This document shows positions 50,601 to 61,881 of a stretch of 64,000 nucleotides of DNA, one piece after another. The notes under the pieces are model-generated. The model was not told the DNA's origin and did not search any database. It saw only the letters and a list, made by a program, of their open reading frames with translations. The translations under genes and the position numbers were made by a program. Source of the stretch: Haliotis rubra (taxonomy: Eukaryota); the NCBI RefSeq assembly GCF_003918875.1, contig NW_025767191.1, positions 2,914,001 through 2,978,000 of the forward strand, given 5' to 3'. How positions within the stretch are numbered: position 1 is the first letter of the stretch; each line of letters begins with the position of its first letter.

Positions 50601-53600
50601 AATAACCATTAACATGGTACTAGTAACATATTTTACTCCAGTTAAAGCAAAATTAAATTGGAAGTTAGTGACAATTTAGCTGCAGTCTGAAAGGAATACA
50701 CAAATACATGAATATCAACAAGCCGGAATGTTTGACCATCATGACAACGCCACCAATCTTCTTGTCACAGTTCTCAAATAATAATTGTTGTGGTGAACTA
50801 CCATTGCCGACCACACCTCGAACAGGATACCGTCTGCCAGTCTCCGCACACTTACACTCACGTGTTGAATTCTCAACACCGGAGCTCCCTAAGATTCCAC
50901 ATGGAGTGTCTGCTACAATTCCTACAGATTTGGAACATGGGGAACTCTACCTCGCACTTGACTCCAATATAGTCCCGGAGATGTTCGACTTGGTTCATAT
51001 CGGGGATCATTGCGTGCGGCATCGGATTGCAAAGTACTAGAGGAATAAGGACTCCGTCAACGCGTTCATTGGTTTTCTTACGAAATGCTACACAAGGTCA
51101 TAATGTATTGTACTGTGAAGCATTTCGAGTCGGGGGTCATCTCGATTTCTTTTTGATTTTTCTTGACATCTTTAATCCTCGCAAAGACACGAGGGCCTGT
51201 GGTTTGGATCAGAACTTGCCCTTAGATTCAGGTTGTGCTTATTTAGGCTCATGTGTATCTGTAGGATGACATGACTACATTATAAATGGCTTCCTTTATC
51301 TCTAGGCAGACATGTATGCTGGTGCCATTTTCATACAACAAGCCGTCAGGTGGAACATCTACCTTGGCATCCTCGTCCTCCTCGCCATCACCGCCATCAA
51401 CACCGTCTCCGGTAAAATTATACTCATATTGTTGTCGCTTAAATACAAATACTAGTAAATTTGGGCACGCCGAATCTACAGGTATCCATCCTACCATGAC
51501 AAAATATACCTGTACTTGATTATTTGATGTTAAAGAAGGGATCAAATGGAAACTTTATATTAATATATCGCCGACAAAACGTGTATAATTCTGACAAGAT
51601 GGATTTATTTTTTATAAAGTTCTATATGCAATATATGAGATCAACAAGAATGAAATTTTACGCATAGAACAGAACACTAGATTCGGGAGCCGCGTATTTC
51701 CGTGCGTAGATTCAAATAGCTCGCCAAACAATGGTGAATAACTTCGGGGAGTAAACGATTAATATCTTGATCGGTTGTTTTTTTACACGTTGTGACGCCA
51801 CGTAAATTGGTATCGATATTCGTAAATGCAACAGAAGGAGCGAAAGTAGCCAACCTTGCATGAATCCTTTACCTTACTCACCTTACGGTACATAACGTGA
51901 ACGTACATGTTAATAGTTCAGAATTAAATATGAAAACCGAAAGAATAGATGCAATAGAACGTGATCTGAAGCTACGTAGTATTGTATCATACTCAAGCGG
52001 CTTTGTAGAGGGTTTCTCCACTCTCTTATGATCATAAAAGATTCGCGTTAGTGAACACATGATTATCGGGTCCCATATGTTAAGTACACATGAAGGTCAT
52101 CGATTTTGATAATGGAAAACCGTACTCGCTTTAAATACGCATATCACTGTATATACTGTGTTTCAATGCAAAACTTGTTCATTTCCAAAGCATACTACCA
52201 CGTTAACTGAATGTAGGGAGAAGGCGGTAATATGTTTGTCTTTTAGCTCAATACAATATGTTTAACACAAACAACATTACGTATTTCAGGTGGCCTGAAG
52301 GCTGTTATCTACACAGACACTCTACAGACCATCATCATGGTCGCTGGGGCGTTTATACTCATGGGTATAAGTAAGTGTGTTTCTGACATTGAATAACTGT
52401 GACGTGTCAGCCAGATCCAGGTTTTCTTACTGTAAAATACCTCAATAGCGATTGTAAACCGTATTTCCATATATATATGTATCAATAACTATTTTGTTGA
52501 CCGAATTTGTAATTATTTAACATGTTCAAACATCAGTTTAATTTTTAATAGTTTTCATATATTTTGAGACATTGTTTCTGAAATGGAATCTTTATTTGTT
52601 TCCAAAACATGCGATGACATCACAATCGTCGCTATTGCTTTTTGAATAAGCCGTAAGAATATGGCCACAATTCTTCCAATTTCAGGTTTTGCTAAGGTAG
52701 GGGGGTTAGAACCTCTGTACGAAAAATACTTCGAAGCCATTCCGGAGAAACGTATAAACGGGAGTGACGTATGTGGCCTGCCACCTAAAGACGCCTTCCA
52801 CTTGCTGCGGGATGCATCAACGGGTGATCTCCCCTGGCCGGGGAACGTTTTTGGCATAACCATTTTAAGTGCCTGGTACTTCTGTTCTGATCAGGCAAGT
52901 GAGACAGCTTGTTAAAATGTTAGACATATCTACGTGATAGGGCTTAATCATGGAAGTAAACAGTAATTGAATGGAGATGCACTCAGTCAATAATACGAAC
53001 ACGACTAGATTTCAACTGAGCAAATGACAGAGGGACAAAGGAAAATATACCTAATTTTGTCTTTCTGTTATTGAAAAGTAAAAGATGTGTTGTTAACTAT
53101 GATTATGTCTAATTAACCATCACACTTTCCTTCAACGACTGGGAAGATGATCTGTGACTGGATTATTTCAGCTGTAACAAGGTCACCTACTGTTTTCACA
53201 CTTCTGGCAGGTAATTATAAAGGGTATCCTAATAAGGACGAACACAATGTGTAGTACACTATATAACTGATGGTACTACTACAGGTGTTGGTTCAGCGCT
53301 CTCTGGCGGCCAAGAACATGCACCACGTCAAAGGAGGATCCATCATGGCGGCATACCTCAAGGTCATCCCGCTCTTCACCACAGTCTTTCCTGGCATGAT
53401 CAGCAGGATTCTCTATCCAGGTAATTCTCTACTTTAGTAATTCCTTTACCAGGTAATTTTCTATCTAACTGATTCATTATCCTGGTAATTCACTATCCAA
53501 GGCCAGTGTCCGGGTAATTAATATAGACCCAAAGAAATACGTTTGCATGTATTTGAATATCCAAGCAAAGAAATGCTGGGGATATTTTACGTTTATGACT

Positions 53601-56600
53601 TGAAACACAGAAAATGATCTCGTCCACGACCACAGACAAATTTTATCCGATTGCCTGACAATAGGATGAGCTTTTGCTTTTTACTATGTCGGACTCTTTC
53701 ACTTTCTGCTCTTTTCAGTTAATGATTAAATAAGTACTCAGTCTACTTATTGTTAACGTGTATACTTATATAAACCGGTTTATTACCCGCATTATGGACT
53801 GTTGGATATAAACGTTGAAAACAATGTGAACACTTTATCTAGTTCCGTGAAACAATATGTCTACGTTTTGCTCAATCCAGGTAATCAACAAAGATAATTG
53901 TCTATCCGGGTGGTGATAATTCCCAACGATGCGCCAAGGGAATTATGTATGCGGGGAATTTTGTCCAGATGATGATCAATATTGTTCAGATAGTGAACCC
54001 TATCTATGTGTTTGTGATCTGTGAAGGTATCTATGCTCAAACCCACATGGTATACTGTGTTTCAGACCAGGTAGCTTGTGTTGACCCCGACACCTGCTGG
54101 GAGGTATGTGAGAATAGGGCCGGCTGCACGAACATCGCTTACCCTAAACTTGTCATCGAACTCATGCCGGAAGGTAACATCACCCTCTTGCCATTCTAAA
54201 ACATGTACATGTTCTCTTCACTCTCAGGGAAATGAAAGTGGTCAGTCACGGGCATAGATGCTGTGAATCCTTTCAAATATGACACTGGTGCAAATGCATC
54301 GACTTATCCGTACCACGAGAAAAGTGTCGAGTCTTGAGCACTAAGTGCTTATATTCATACCAAACGGATCTGAGAAATATATATTGTAACGTAAGTTGTA
54401 ATAACTTCCTATGTAATGAAGTTTGGATGCCTCTAAAGATAACTGGCTGTCCATATGTGATCCATAATTTCACTTCGACAAAATGGATGGCTCAGTCATC
54501 TTAGCCACATCAATTTGCTGTGCATAGTTGCCTCCCTTGGCCAAGCCAGAAACTTCACATTGTTGGCGTAAAACCCGGTTCGCCCTGATTAGGTTAGTAG
54601 TAAACGTTTGTGAACTTCAACACTTTCGGCTTTCCCCCTACGCTGTCACAACTACGTGATACAACTGGATTAACGTTTAAAGCAACGTTAAACGTTAAAC
54701 TCACTCACTCACGTGGACATAACTTGTTGTTTCATCAAGCATTTTCTTTGATGGTAAGAGCCGTTTATGTCATCGCAGGTCTCAAAGGTCTGATGTTAGC
54801 GTCGATGATGGCTGCGCTTATGTCATCACTGACGTCGGTATTCAACAGCGCCAGCACCATATTCACCATTGATATCTGGAAGAGACTTCGACCTAAAGCC
54901 GCTGACTCCGAGCTGCTCGTGGTTGGCAGGTATGTGGCGATGGCGTCCAAAACGAAGACGTTAGTAGTGGTAGCAACAACGGTGATCGTAGCACTCCGCT
55001 GTTAACGTAACGGTTCCTGGAAAAGTAAGCAGTAACGGCCAGTCATATAGTGTGCCGTAGCAGTAGCCAATCTCACACGACACCGTGGGTAGTCTAATGG
55101 TTAAAGCGTTCGCTCATCACGCCAAAGTCCCGGGTTCGATTTCCCCCATGGTCCAATGTCCATTTCTAGTATACAAAGTCAAAGTCAAAGATGTTTATTG
55201 TACAAAAGGCCTCCGGCCCATATACATTATACATATGTTGCAATAAGTAGTAATTAGTGATCCAAACAGCGAATCATGTTACAGACAGTGAATAATGTTA
55301 CAGATTGTGAATTATGTTACAAGTACAATACGATGGATCCCCGCCGTGATATTGCCGTAATATTTCTAAAAGCGGCGTAAAACCTCACTCATGACGTTTA
55401 CTATATCGTGTCTGAGTCAATACAAACATATATACTTCTAGTTTTCGAAACTCTGTGAAGAAGTTAGCGGATGATATTGTATTGCATTCCAGCATAATTT
55501 CAAATCGATCATAGTACAGGGGAATACGTGGTTAATAATACGAGCACTGATCGGCACATGTAAAATGAGTCCATAGCTCTGTAACACTAGATTTATCAAG
55601 TTAACACTGAAGTGGACCCATTTCAGAGTGTTTATTCTGGTTCTGGTGGGCGTGAGTATACTGTGGATTCCAGTTCTTCAAGCTGCCCAAGGGGGACAAC
55701 TCTTCAACTACATTCAAGCAGTGACGGGATATTTTGCCCCGCCAGTTCTCTCCCTTTTCCTCTGTGCCATATTATGGGGAAGAACAAATGAAAAGGTAAT
55801 CTATAGCATAGCCTAACTTTTAAAAAAACAACACTTCTTTATAGTGACTGCATTTGTTGAAACGTAAGATCAGGATATGTGAAAACGATTTGGGTACTGA
55901 AAGTGAACCACAACAATTTTTTATAGATATGCATCCATGGTCATCAAGTTCACCTTATATGACACAGAGATTTAACAATGAGTGAGCTTTTGGCAAACTA
56001 TCTCAAGTAACGTTTAATTAGATACTACTGCTCCTTAAGAGTAAAAATATGAACGTGATGTTAAACAACGTTAACATCTCCACCTCAACCAACATTTCCA
56101 CAAATTAAGATAAATCACTTTACACTATAACCTTGACCTTGGCCGCTTTTTCCCGAGAATATTATCTGCCATGTACACAGATACCTTTGTGATTACAAGA
56201 CGTGCATACAGATAACAGGTTGAGGTCGAAATGCGTAGATTGAGCAGTAACATACACTCAATGAAACTAAACAAACACAGCCCTCCAGAAAAATAAAAAA
56301 GAAGGTTAAGCTTGTGTATGCGTGCCGTGTAGGTGACTAAATCTGATAAGCATACAGCGGCTGTCATCTAAATCTGCGCGTTAAGTGTGGTGTTGGGATC
56401 GGGACCCCGTCTCACAAAGCGATCTTAGCGCTACGACTGTCGTAAGCCAATAACGTATTGGAGTTACGATCGTCTTCGCTACGACTGTCATAAGCCAATA
56501 CCGTTTTGGAGCTAGGACCGTGTTAGCGCCACGACTGTCGTAAGCCAATAACGTAAGAGCTCTTACGAAACTCTCTACGAAGGAGGAAGCGCTATTAAAG

Positions 56601-59600
56601 GTTAGGACGTATGAAAATGGTTTATATGATGGCTAAAGGTCTCTGATATTTAATTTAACTGGTTTTACTCAACTTGTTTCTGGATTTGTCAGCTCCGCTC
56701 CATATTTGTAGATTTCATTTGATTTCTAGTGTGGATAGGGAGATTTTTTATTATGAAAAAAGGCCAAAATGAATGGTTTGTTTTGTGAAATAAAATAACG
56801 CCACTATTTGTTTGAAAGTGAATATCAAAAAGTGTTTGATGATGCTCAGCAGATAATCAAATTCTAAAAATTCTAAAGAAAACCCATGCAGATCAAGCGG
56901 GCACTATATGAAGTAGTAAAATCCCAAGGCCTGCATCCTACTGCGCATTCCTCCTTCACTTAGCATGCCATGAAGAAATAATGTTCAAAGCTTTGTTTAA
57001 CCAAACTCACTCTCCTTCAATAAAGGAAATATTTTTTAGCGTCTGGAGAACGGTTCAGTATGAAATCTTTATATCCGAAAACGGATCGTACATTCCGAAA
57101 AGTGGTGTCACCATATTTGATGTTATTCGATAGTTAAGGTCGGCAGTTGTTTACTCAGAGTCAACTGATCTACCAATAACTGTTTGTAAATGTATTGCTT
57201 ATACATATGCCGTTTTGTGTGGAAATACAGACAATTGTTTAACTTATCGTTTACTCATCTATGTTAGATGCATAGAAGTAAAACACTTTTACTTCAACCA
57301 GCAATTTTATCGTGAGATAATTGAAAATAATTATATATAAAAATTATTTACATTGAATTTCAACCACTAACACTGTACTGTGTTTACAGTGCTAAAAGCT
57401 ATATTTCTGTGTGTTTTTATAGTCGGGGGTGGATACAGTGTCCCATGTGCACAATTTAAGAAAATGTACAACATATAAATCGACGTCCAGGGAGTTGAAC
57501 GAAGCTGTCCAAAAGGTTTATAATAAGCGTTGTTTTAACACAGGGTGCTTTCTGGGGCATGATGATAGGCTTGGTAATCGGTCTGATCCGGATGGGGTTG
57601 GACTTCGGCTACGGAACCCCAGGCTGTGGAGAGGAGGATAACCGTCCTCTCATCATCTCCAAGGTCCACTTCCTCCATTTCACCATTCTCCTCTTCGTCG
57701 TCAGCATGGTCGCCACCATCGTCATTTCCATCCTCACCGAAGCACAGAATACGTCACATGTGAGTAATGAATTCCCTGGTGGTAACGAAGGTAACGGTAT
57801 GTCGGCGTTGTCTTGGGTCCTTGTGTCTGCTCAAAATGCGTTACAAAGTGTGATTACTTGGTGTGGTGGGGTAGCATAGTGCTTAAAGCGGTCGCTTGTC
57901 ACGCCAAAGACCCGGTTCGACTCCCAGCCTGAGGGGCACATTTCTGGTGTCCCATCGTCGTGATATAGCTTGAATATTGCTTAAAGCGACATAAAACCAT
58001 ACTCACTCACTACTAAGAAACAAATCTAAAGTGAGTGAGTGAGTTTGGTTTTACGCCGCTTTTAGCAATATTCCAGCAATATCACGACACCAGAGATGGG
58101 CTTCACACATTGTACCCATCTGGGGAATCGAACCCGGGTCGTCGGCCTGACGAACGAACGGTTTAACATCAAGGCTACCCCAACCCCTAAAGGGACACAG
58201 TAGATGACGATTAACGTTAGACTGTATCACGGCGGTCCAGACAAACCAGTGGTTGATAGCACGATCAACAGCTCAAAGGCGGGGTTCGACGATAATCAGC
58301 CATGTGACAGAGCCTTACCGCCAGATCATCATACAGTCGAATCCCGGCAACCATACAGAACAAATGTTACTTATTTGAACCCGCAACCCCGACAGGTCTA
58401 CACAACTCTGGCAGTTGCTAATAGTTAATAGCATTTGAATAGGTACACAGTGACACTGTCTGGACACGGTGACATGTACTCTATCAGATGACGTGAAGTA
58501 GTCCATATAACTAATTCAAGTACCTGCCGTGCTTGGAGCCCGCTGTTAAGGGGTGGACCCATAAAGGTTCGGGATTGGATCTGACAGTAACAACAAAGAG
58601 GAATACACCTCACCGAATTCTAGTTATAATGAAGGTTATGGCCTTTAATCCCAGGTTCTTAACATAATCTATTGGCTTGCATAATATCGATTGTGGATAC
58701 AAACATGTGAATTTTCACATCACAGAAACACATTATTTGATTTGGTTGAAATTTACATCATGCATTGAACAGTGCTGTCCTATGTTTCATCTATTGTCTT
58801 GATTCAATGCATTAAAATGTGACTAACCAACTACGTGTTTGTAAATTAGCAATTTATATAACATTCATTTAGTGTGCATCTTGTTGTGTTCAAATAACAC
58901 TTTTACAAGAGAACTGTCCGTTTTGAACATTTGACCTTCATGTTCAAATTTCTTTGATCTCTGGTACTATCGCTCGCAACTGGCAACATGGTTTCAGGAA
59001 GTTCAAGGATAATATCATCAAAAAGTTTATTCGAAATATTTCGATATTTAGTTAGAAGCTATCTCTTTGACTATTTTGTTTGAGAAGGGAATGTGTTTCA
59101 ATAATATTACGGCAGTTCCATACATGGGAATCTTGGAGTAAAACCTTAATTTGCAGCGCATGTTTTGTATGGGATTAATCTTTCTCAGTAAAGTACTGTT
59201 TCGAGTTGAGTCCCATCCGGGATTCTGACCCACACTCTCAGAGTAAAGCACCTATTCGTCGCCATACAAAGTCAGCAATCTAACCCAATCAGCCATCGCA
59301 GTAACCGGTGGCTCAGATAGTGTGGGTTCGAATCCCTGATAGGGATTAACCCTAAAATGTACCAAGATCTGTACTTTACTAAGAAAGTTTTTGAACAATT
59401 TCCTTTTCAATGCCTCGTGTTTTGTCGCAGTCCATCCGGCTGACTTGGTGGACCAGACACAGCCAGGAGGATAGGGAAGAGTTCCCGGAGGAGAAAGCAC
59501 GTAGGGAGAAGGGCCAAGCTCAGAGGAAAACTGATATGGCCAACCGCGAGCCTGTGGGTAAGGATGTATACCTTTACGTCGCTTGGGAACATGTCCGTGT

Positions 59601-61881
59601 CGTTGTACAGATCTATACGTTTACATCAACAAACACTATTGTGCCCAGCAATCGCCCCTGTTCACAGCTGTTAGGGCAGACACGTTAACATGAATATATT
59701 ATGACCAGAAATTATTGAGAATTTTAGGACAATGTTTACTTGGATTTCTAGTATAAACAACCTTGACCAGCTATCAAGTGCTTGATTTCATTCAGGAGAG
59801 ACAACTCCGTTGATCCCTTTTCATTAGTTTGTGAAGAGTTATCCCCCTTTGTTTACTTGCTGGCAGACATTTTCAGTGATCCTCAGTATGGATGATTTAG
59901 AGAAGAGGAAGTTGATTTTAGAGTATTATAACAAGGGCATCAGATCAGCTACAGTGATTTCAAGTAGAACCGGCATCTCTTTGTCCACTGTTTATCGTAT
60001 TTTGAAAAATATTGCAAATGGATATGGCATTGAGCACCATGGAGGCGCAGGTAGGCCCAGAAAATTGACTGTCGGTGACAGGAGGCGGCTTGGTATTCTT
60101 GTTTCTAAAAACAAACGAAGGAGTTTGGAAAACTTAAGGCTGGATATGATTGATAGAGGAACTGTGGCTGTCTGTAAGGAGACAATTAGAACTGAGCTGC
60201 ATGCAATGGGTTGGCAGAAACGTCGAGGAATTCCATCTACGATCACGAAACCTGAACAAAAGGAGCAAAGGTTGAACTGGTGCTTACAGCATAGAAATTT
60301 TAACTGGGACAATGTGATTTTCTCAGATGAAAGTTCTGTGTGGCTGTTTCCTAATACACTGAAATTCTGGACCAAACAAACTGAAAAACCTTTGTATCAG
60401 CGCCCAAAGTACAGTCCGAAATTTAACGTGTGGGGTGGCATATCTGTGTTAGGGGTAACGCCCCTCTGTGTATTTGAAGGGAATATGAACAGTGAGCGGT
60501 ACACAGATATTCTCGGGGGACATTTACTTCCATCTGCTCACCTGTACTATGGAAATAGTTGGATTTTCCAGCAGGACAACCACCCAAAACATCGTTCAAA
60601 GCATTCACAGGCCTGGTTTCGGACCCAAAATATGACATTATTAGATTGGCCAAGCTATAGCCCTGGCCTAAATCCAATAGAAAATGTTTGGGGACTTATG
60701 AAGGAAGGTGTCAATAAGAAAAATGTGACAAATATTGCTGAAATGAAAGAAGAGGTGGTCCGATATTGGTACAGCATGGACAACGACTTTCTAACTTCTT
60801 TGATCAGTAGTATGCCCCGCCTCATTGAAGCCTGCATTGCTGCCCATGGTGACTTGACAAAATACTAACTGTTCACCTGTCTTTGAATCTGGAGTTATGT
60901 TCTGCTAATATTCACATTCAATACGTGAGTAATGAGTGAAACATTTTTAAAAATCTTAAATTCTCAATAATGTCTGGTTGTACTGTATCACATAGGCGAA
61001 TCCAGAGGTTTATTAAATGACCATTGAAACGCGCGTGAAAATGAATTGTGCACTTGAGTATCACTATTGTATTCAGTAATCGTTTTCAGTCATGTAAGGG
61101 CAGAAGGGACCATGCAAACATGAACATACAGTATTTTATCTTACCTTCATGTAAAGTACTTTATTTTCATTGGTCAATGACGCTTTAACAAGTTAAACCC
61201 TCCCAGGAGGATGACAACTGGAAAAAAATATTACCCGCTGCCACGGTAACCGCCAAACTCTCCGCCGAGAAGCTGTATCGCTAAATATCGTATGACGTCA
61301 TAATATGACGCATGCAGTGCACGGAGTTTGAAAACCGTTCGATTATCTGTTTTTGAGTTCACTATGTACACCTTTCTTTTACCGACTGCTTTATATCAAC
61401 TATTTTATAGAATCTACATTAAATCATTTGCACACTCAACTTAAACTTAATTAACCATTTTTAAGCTTGTCAGAATATGTTTCACTGATTTTAAAAATCT
61501 AGTCGAGAAACAAACGCCATTTTGTTTACATGTCATATAGTCGGTAGCGATCTTCAAAATAAAATAATATTTTGTACATTTAACAAGGCGGTAAGATAAA
61601 TACGTTGTATGCTTCTCCCACGAGAGAAGCATATAACTTATAGCATTCACTCCTGGCTTTCGTTCACAGATGTGGCCTCCTTGCCGAAGTGGCGACGTAT
61701 CATATATTTGGTATGCGGGTATGAACCTCCCCAGGCTCAGGAGATCTCGGAGGAAGAGGAGGAAATACAGAGGAAGGTGTTGACATCTATAGAGGAGAAG
61801 CCCAAGTGGAGAATGTTCGTCAACGTCAACGCATTTGTGCTTATGACAATTGGAATCTTTCTATGGGGATTTTTCGGCTGA
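41650..61881 (+). CDS. SLC5-family sodium/glucose (or myo-inositol) cotransporter, SGLT-like, ~658 aa; exons 41650-41769, 43931-44002, 48336-48440, 49012-49071, 49823-49927, 51306-51411, 52290-52370, 52686-52894, 53285-53420, 54066-54173, 54779-54929, 55627-55795, 57544-57759, 59431-59557, 61670-61881
   Basis: Exons sum to 1977 nt in frame. Motifs [105 protein letters not shown] and C-terminal TM ending WGFFG. The exact vertebrate orthologue cannot be assigned by eye. Confidence 0.95.
42235..42335 (-). mobile_element. SINE family B, 3' fragment
   Basis: TTAACGCCGCACTCAGCAGTATTCCAGCTATATGGCGG. Confidence 0.75.
42467..43611 (+). repeat. 32-bp minisatellite, ~35-36 copies, in SLC5 intron 1
   Basis: Unit GGATAGAAYGTATATTTAGATGATRTACATYA, contiguous with no spacers. 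Confidence 0.97.
44872..45038 (+). mobile_element. SINE family A
   Basis: tRNA-like head and (ACTC)n tail. Confidence 0.88.
45100..45182 (-). mobile_element. SINE family A, 3' half
   Basis: ATATTCCAGCATTATCACGGCGGGGGACACCAGAAATGGGCTTCAC. Confidence 0.78.
45996..46146 (+). mobile_element. SINE family A
   Basis: Near-full copy with a small deletion in the head. Confidence 0.88.
55084..55391 (+). mobile_element. SINE family A interrupted by a ~170-bp insert (~55170-55338)
   Basis: Head and tail halves are separated by a segment starting AAAGTCAAAGTCAAAGATGTTTATT. Confidence 0.75.
56402..56580 (+). repeat. Three tandem ~48-50-bp units, probably derived from a small MITE
   Basis: GCTACGACTGTCGTAAGCCAATAACGT-like unit recurs at ~56430, ~56478 and ~56528. 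Confidence 0.75.
57863..58010 (+). mobile_element. SINE family A
   Basis: GGTGGGGTAGCATAGTGCTTAAAGCG...ACTCACTCAC. Confidence 0.82.
58030..58186 (-). mobile_element. SINE family A
   Basis: Reverse-complement copy, tail-to-tail with the preceding one. Confidence 0.88.
59697..60985 (+). mobile_element. Tc1 (DD34E) transposon, full length, in SLC5 intron 14
   Basis: TA on both flanks; ~28-bp TIRs (left TATTATGACCAGAAATTATTGAGAATTT, right reverse complement CAGTACAACCAGACATTATTGAGAATTT). Confidence 0.9.
59888..60868 (+). CDS. Tc1 transposase, uninterrupted 326-aa ORF
   Basis: [35 protein letters not shown] (34 residues between the second D and E), GDLTKY*. Confidence 0.9.
   Translation: MDDLEKRKLILEYYNKGIRSATVISSRTGISLSTVYRILKNIANGYGIEHHGGAGRPRKLTVGDRRRLGILVSKNKRRSLENLRLDMIDRGTVAVCKETIRTELHAMGWQKRRGIPSTITKPEQKEQRLNWCLQHRNFNWDNVIFSDESSVWLFPNTLKFWTKQTEKPLYQRPKYSPKFNVWGGISVLGVTPLCVFEGNMNSERYTDILGGHLLPSAHLYYGNSWIFQQDNHPKHRSKHSQAWFRTQNMTLLDWPSYSPGLNPIENVWGLMKEGVNKKNVTNIAEMKEEVVRYWYSMDNDFLTSLISSMPRLIEACIAAHGDLTKY

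Noticed and set aside
50708-51040. 110-aa intronic ORF
   Set aside because: No recognisable motif or splice support; probably chance or decayed repeat.
56402-56580. Repeat-spacer-like pattern
   Set aside because: The apparent spacers are similar to each other, so this is a short tandem repeat.
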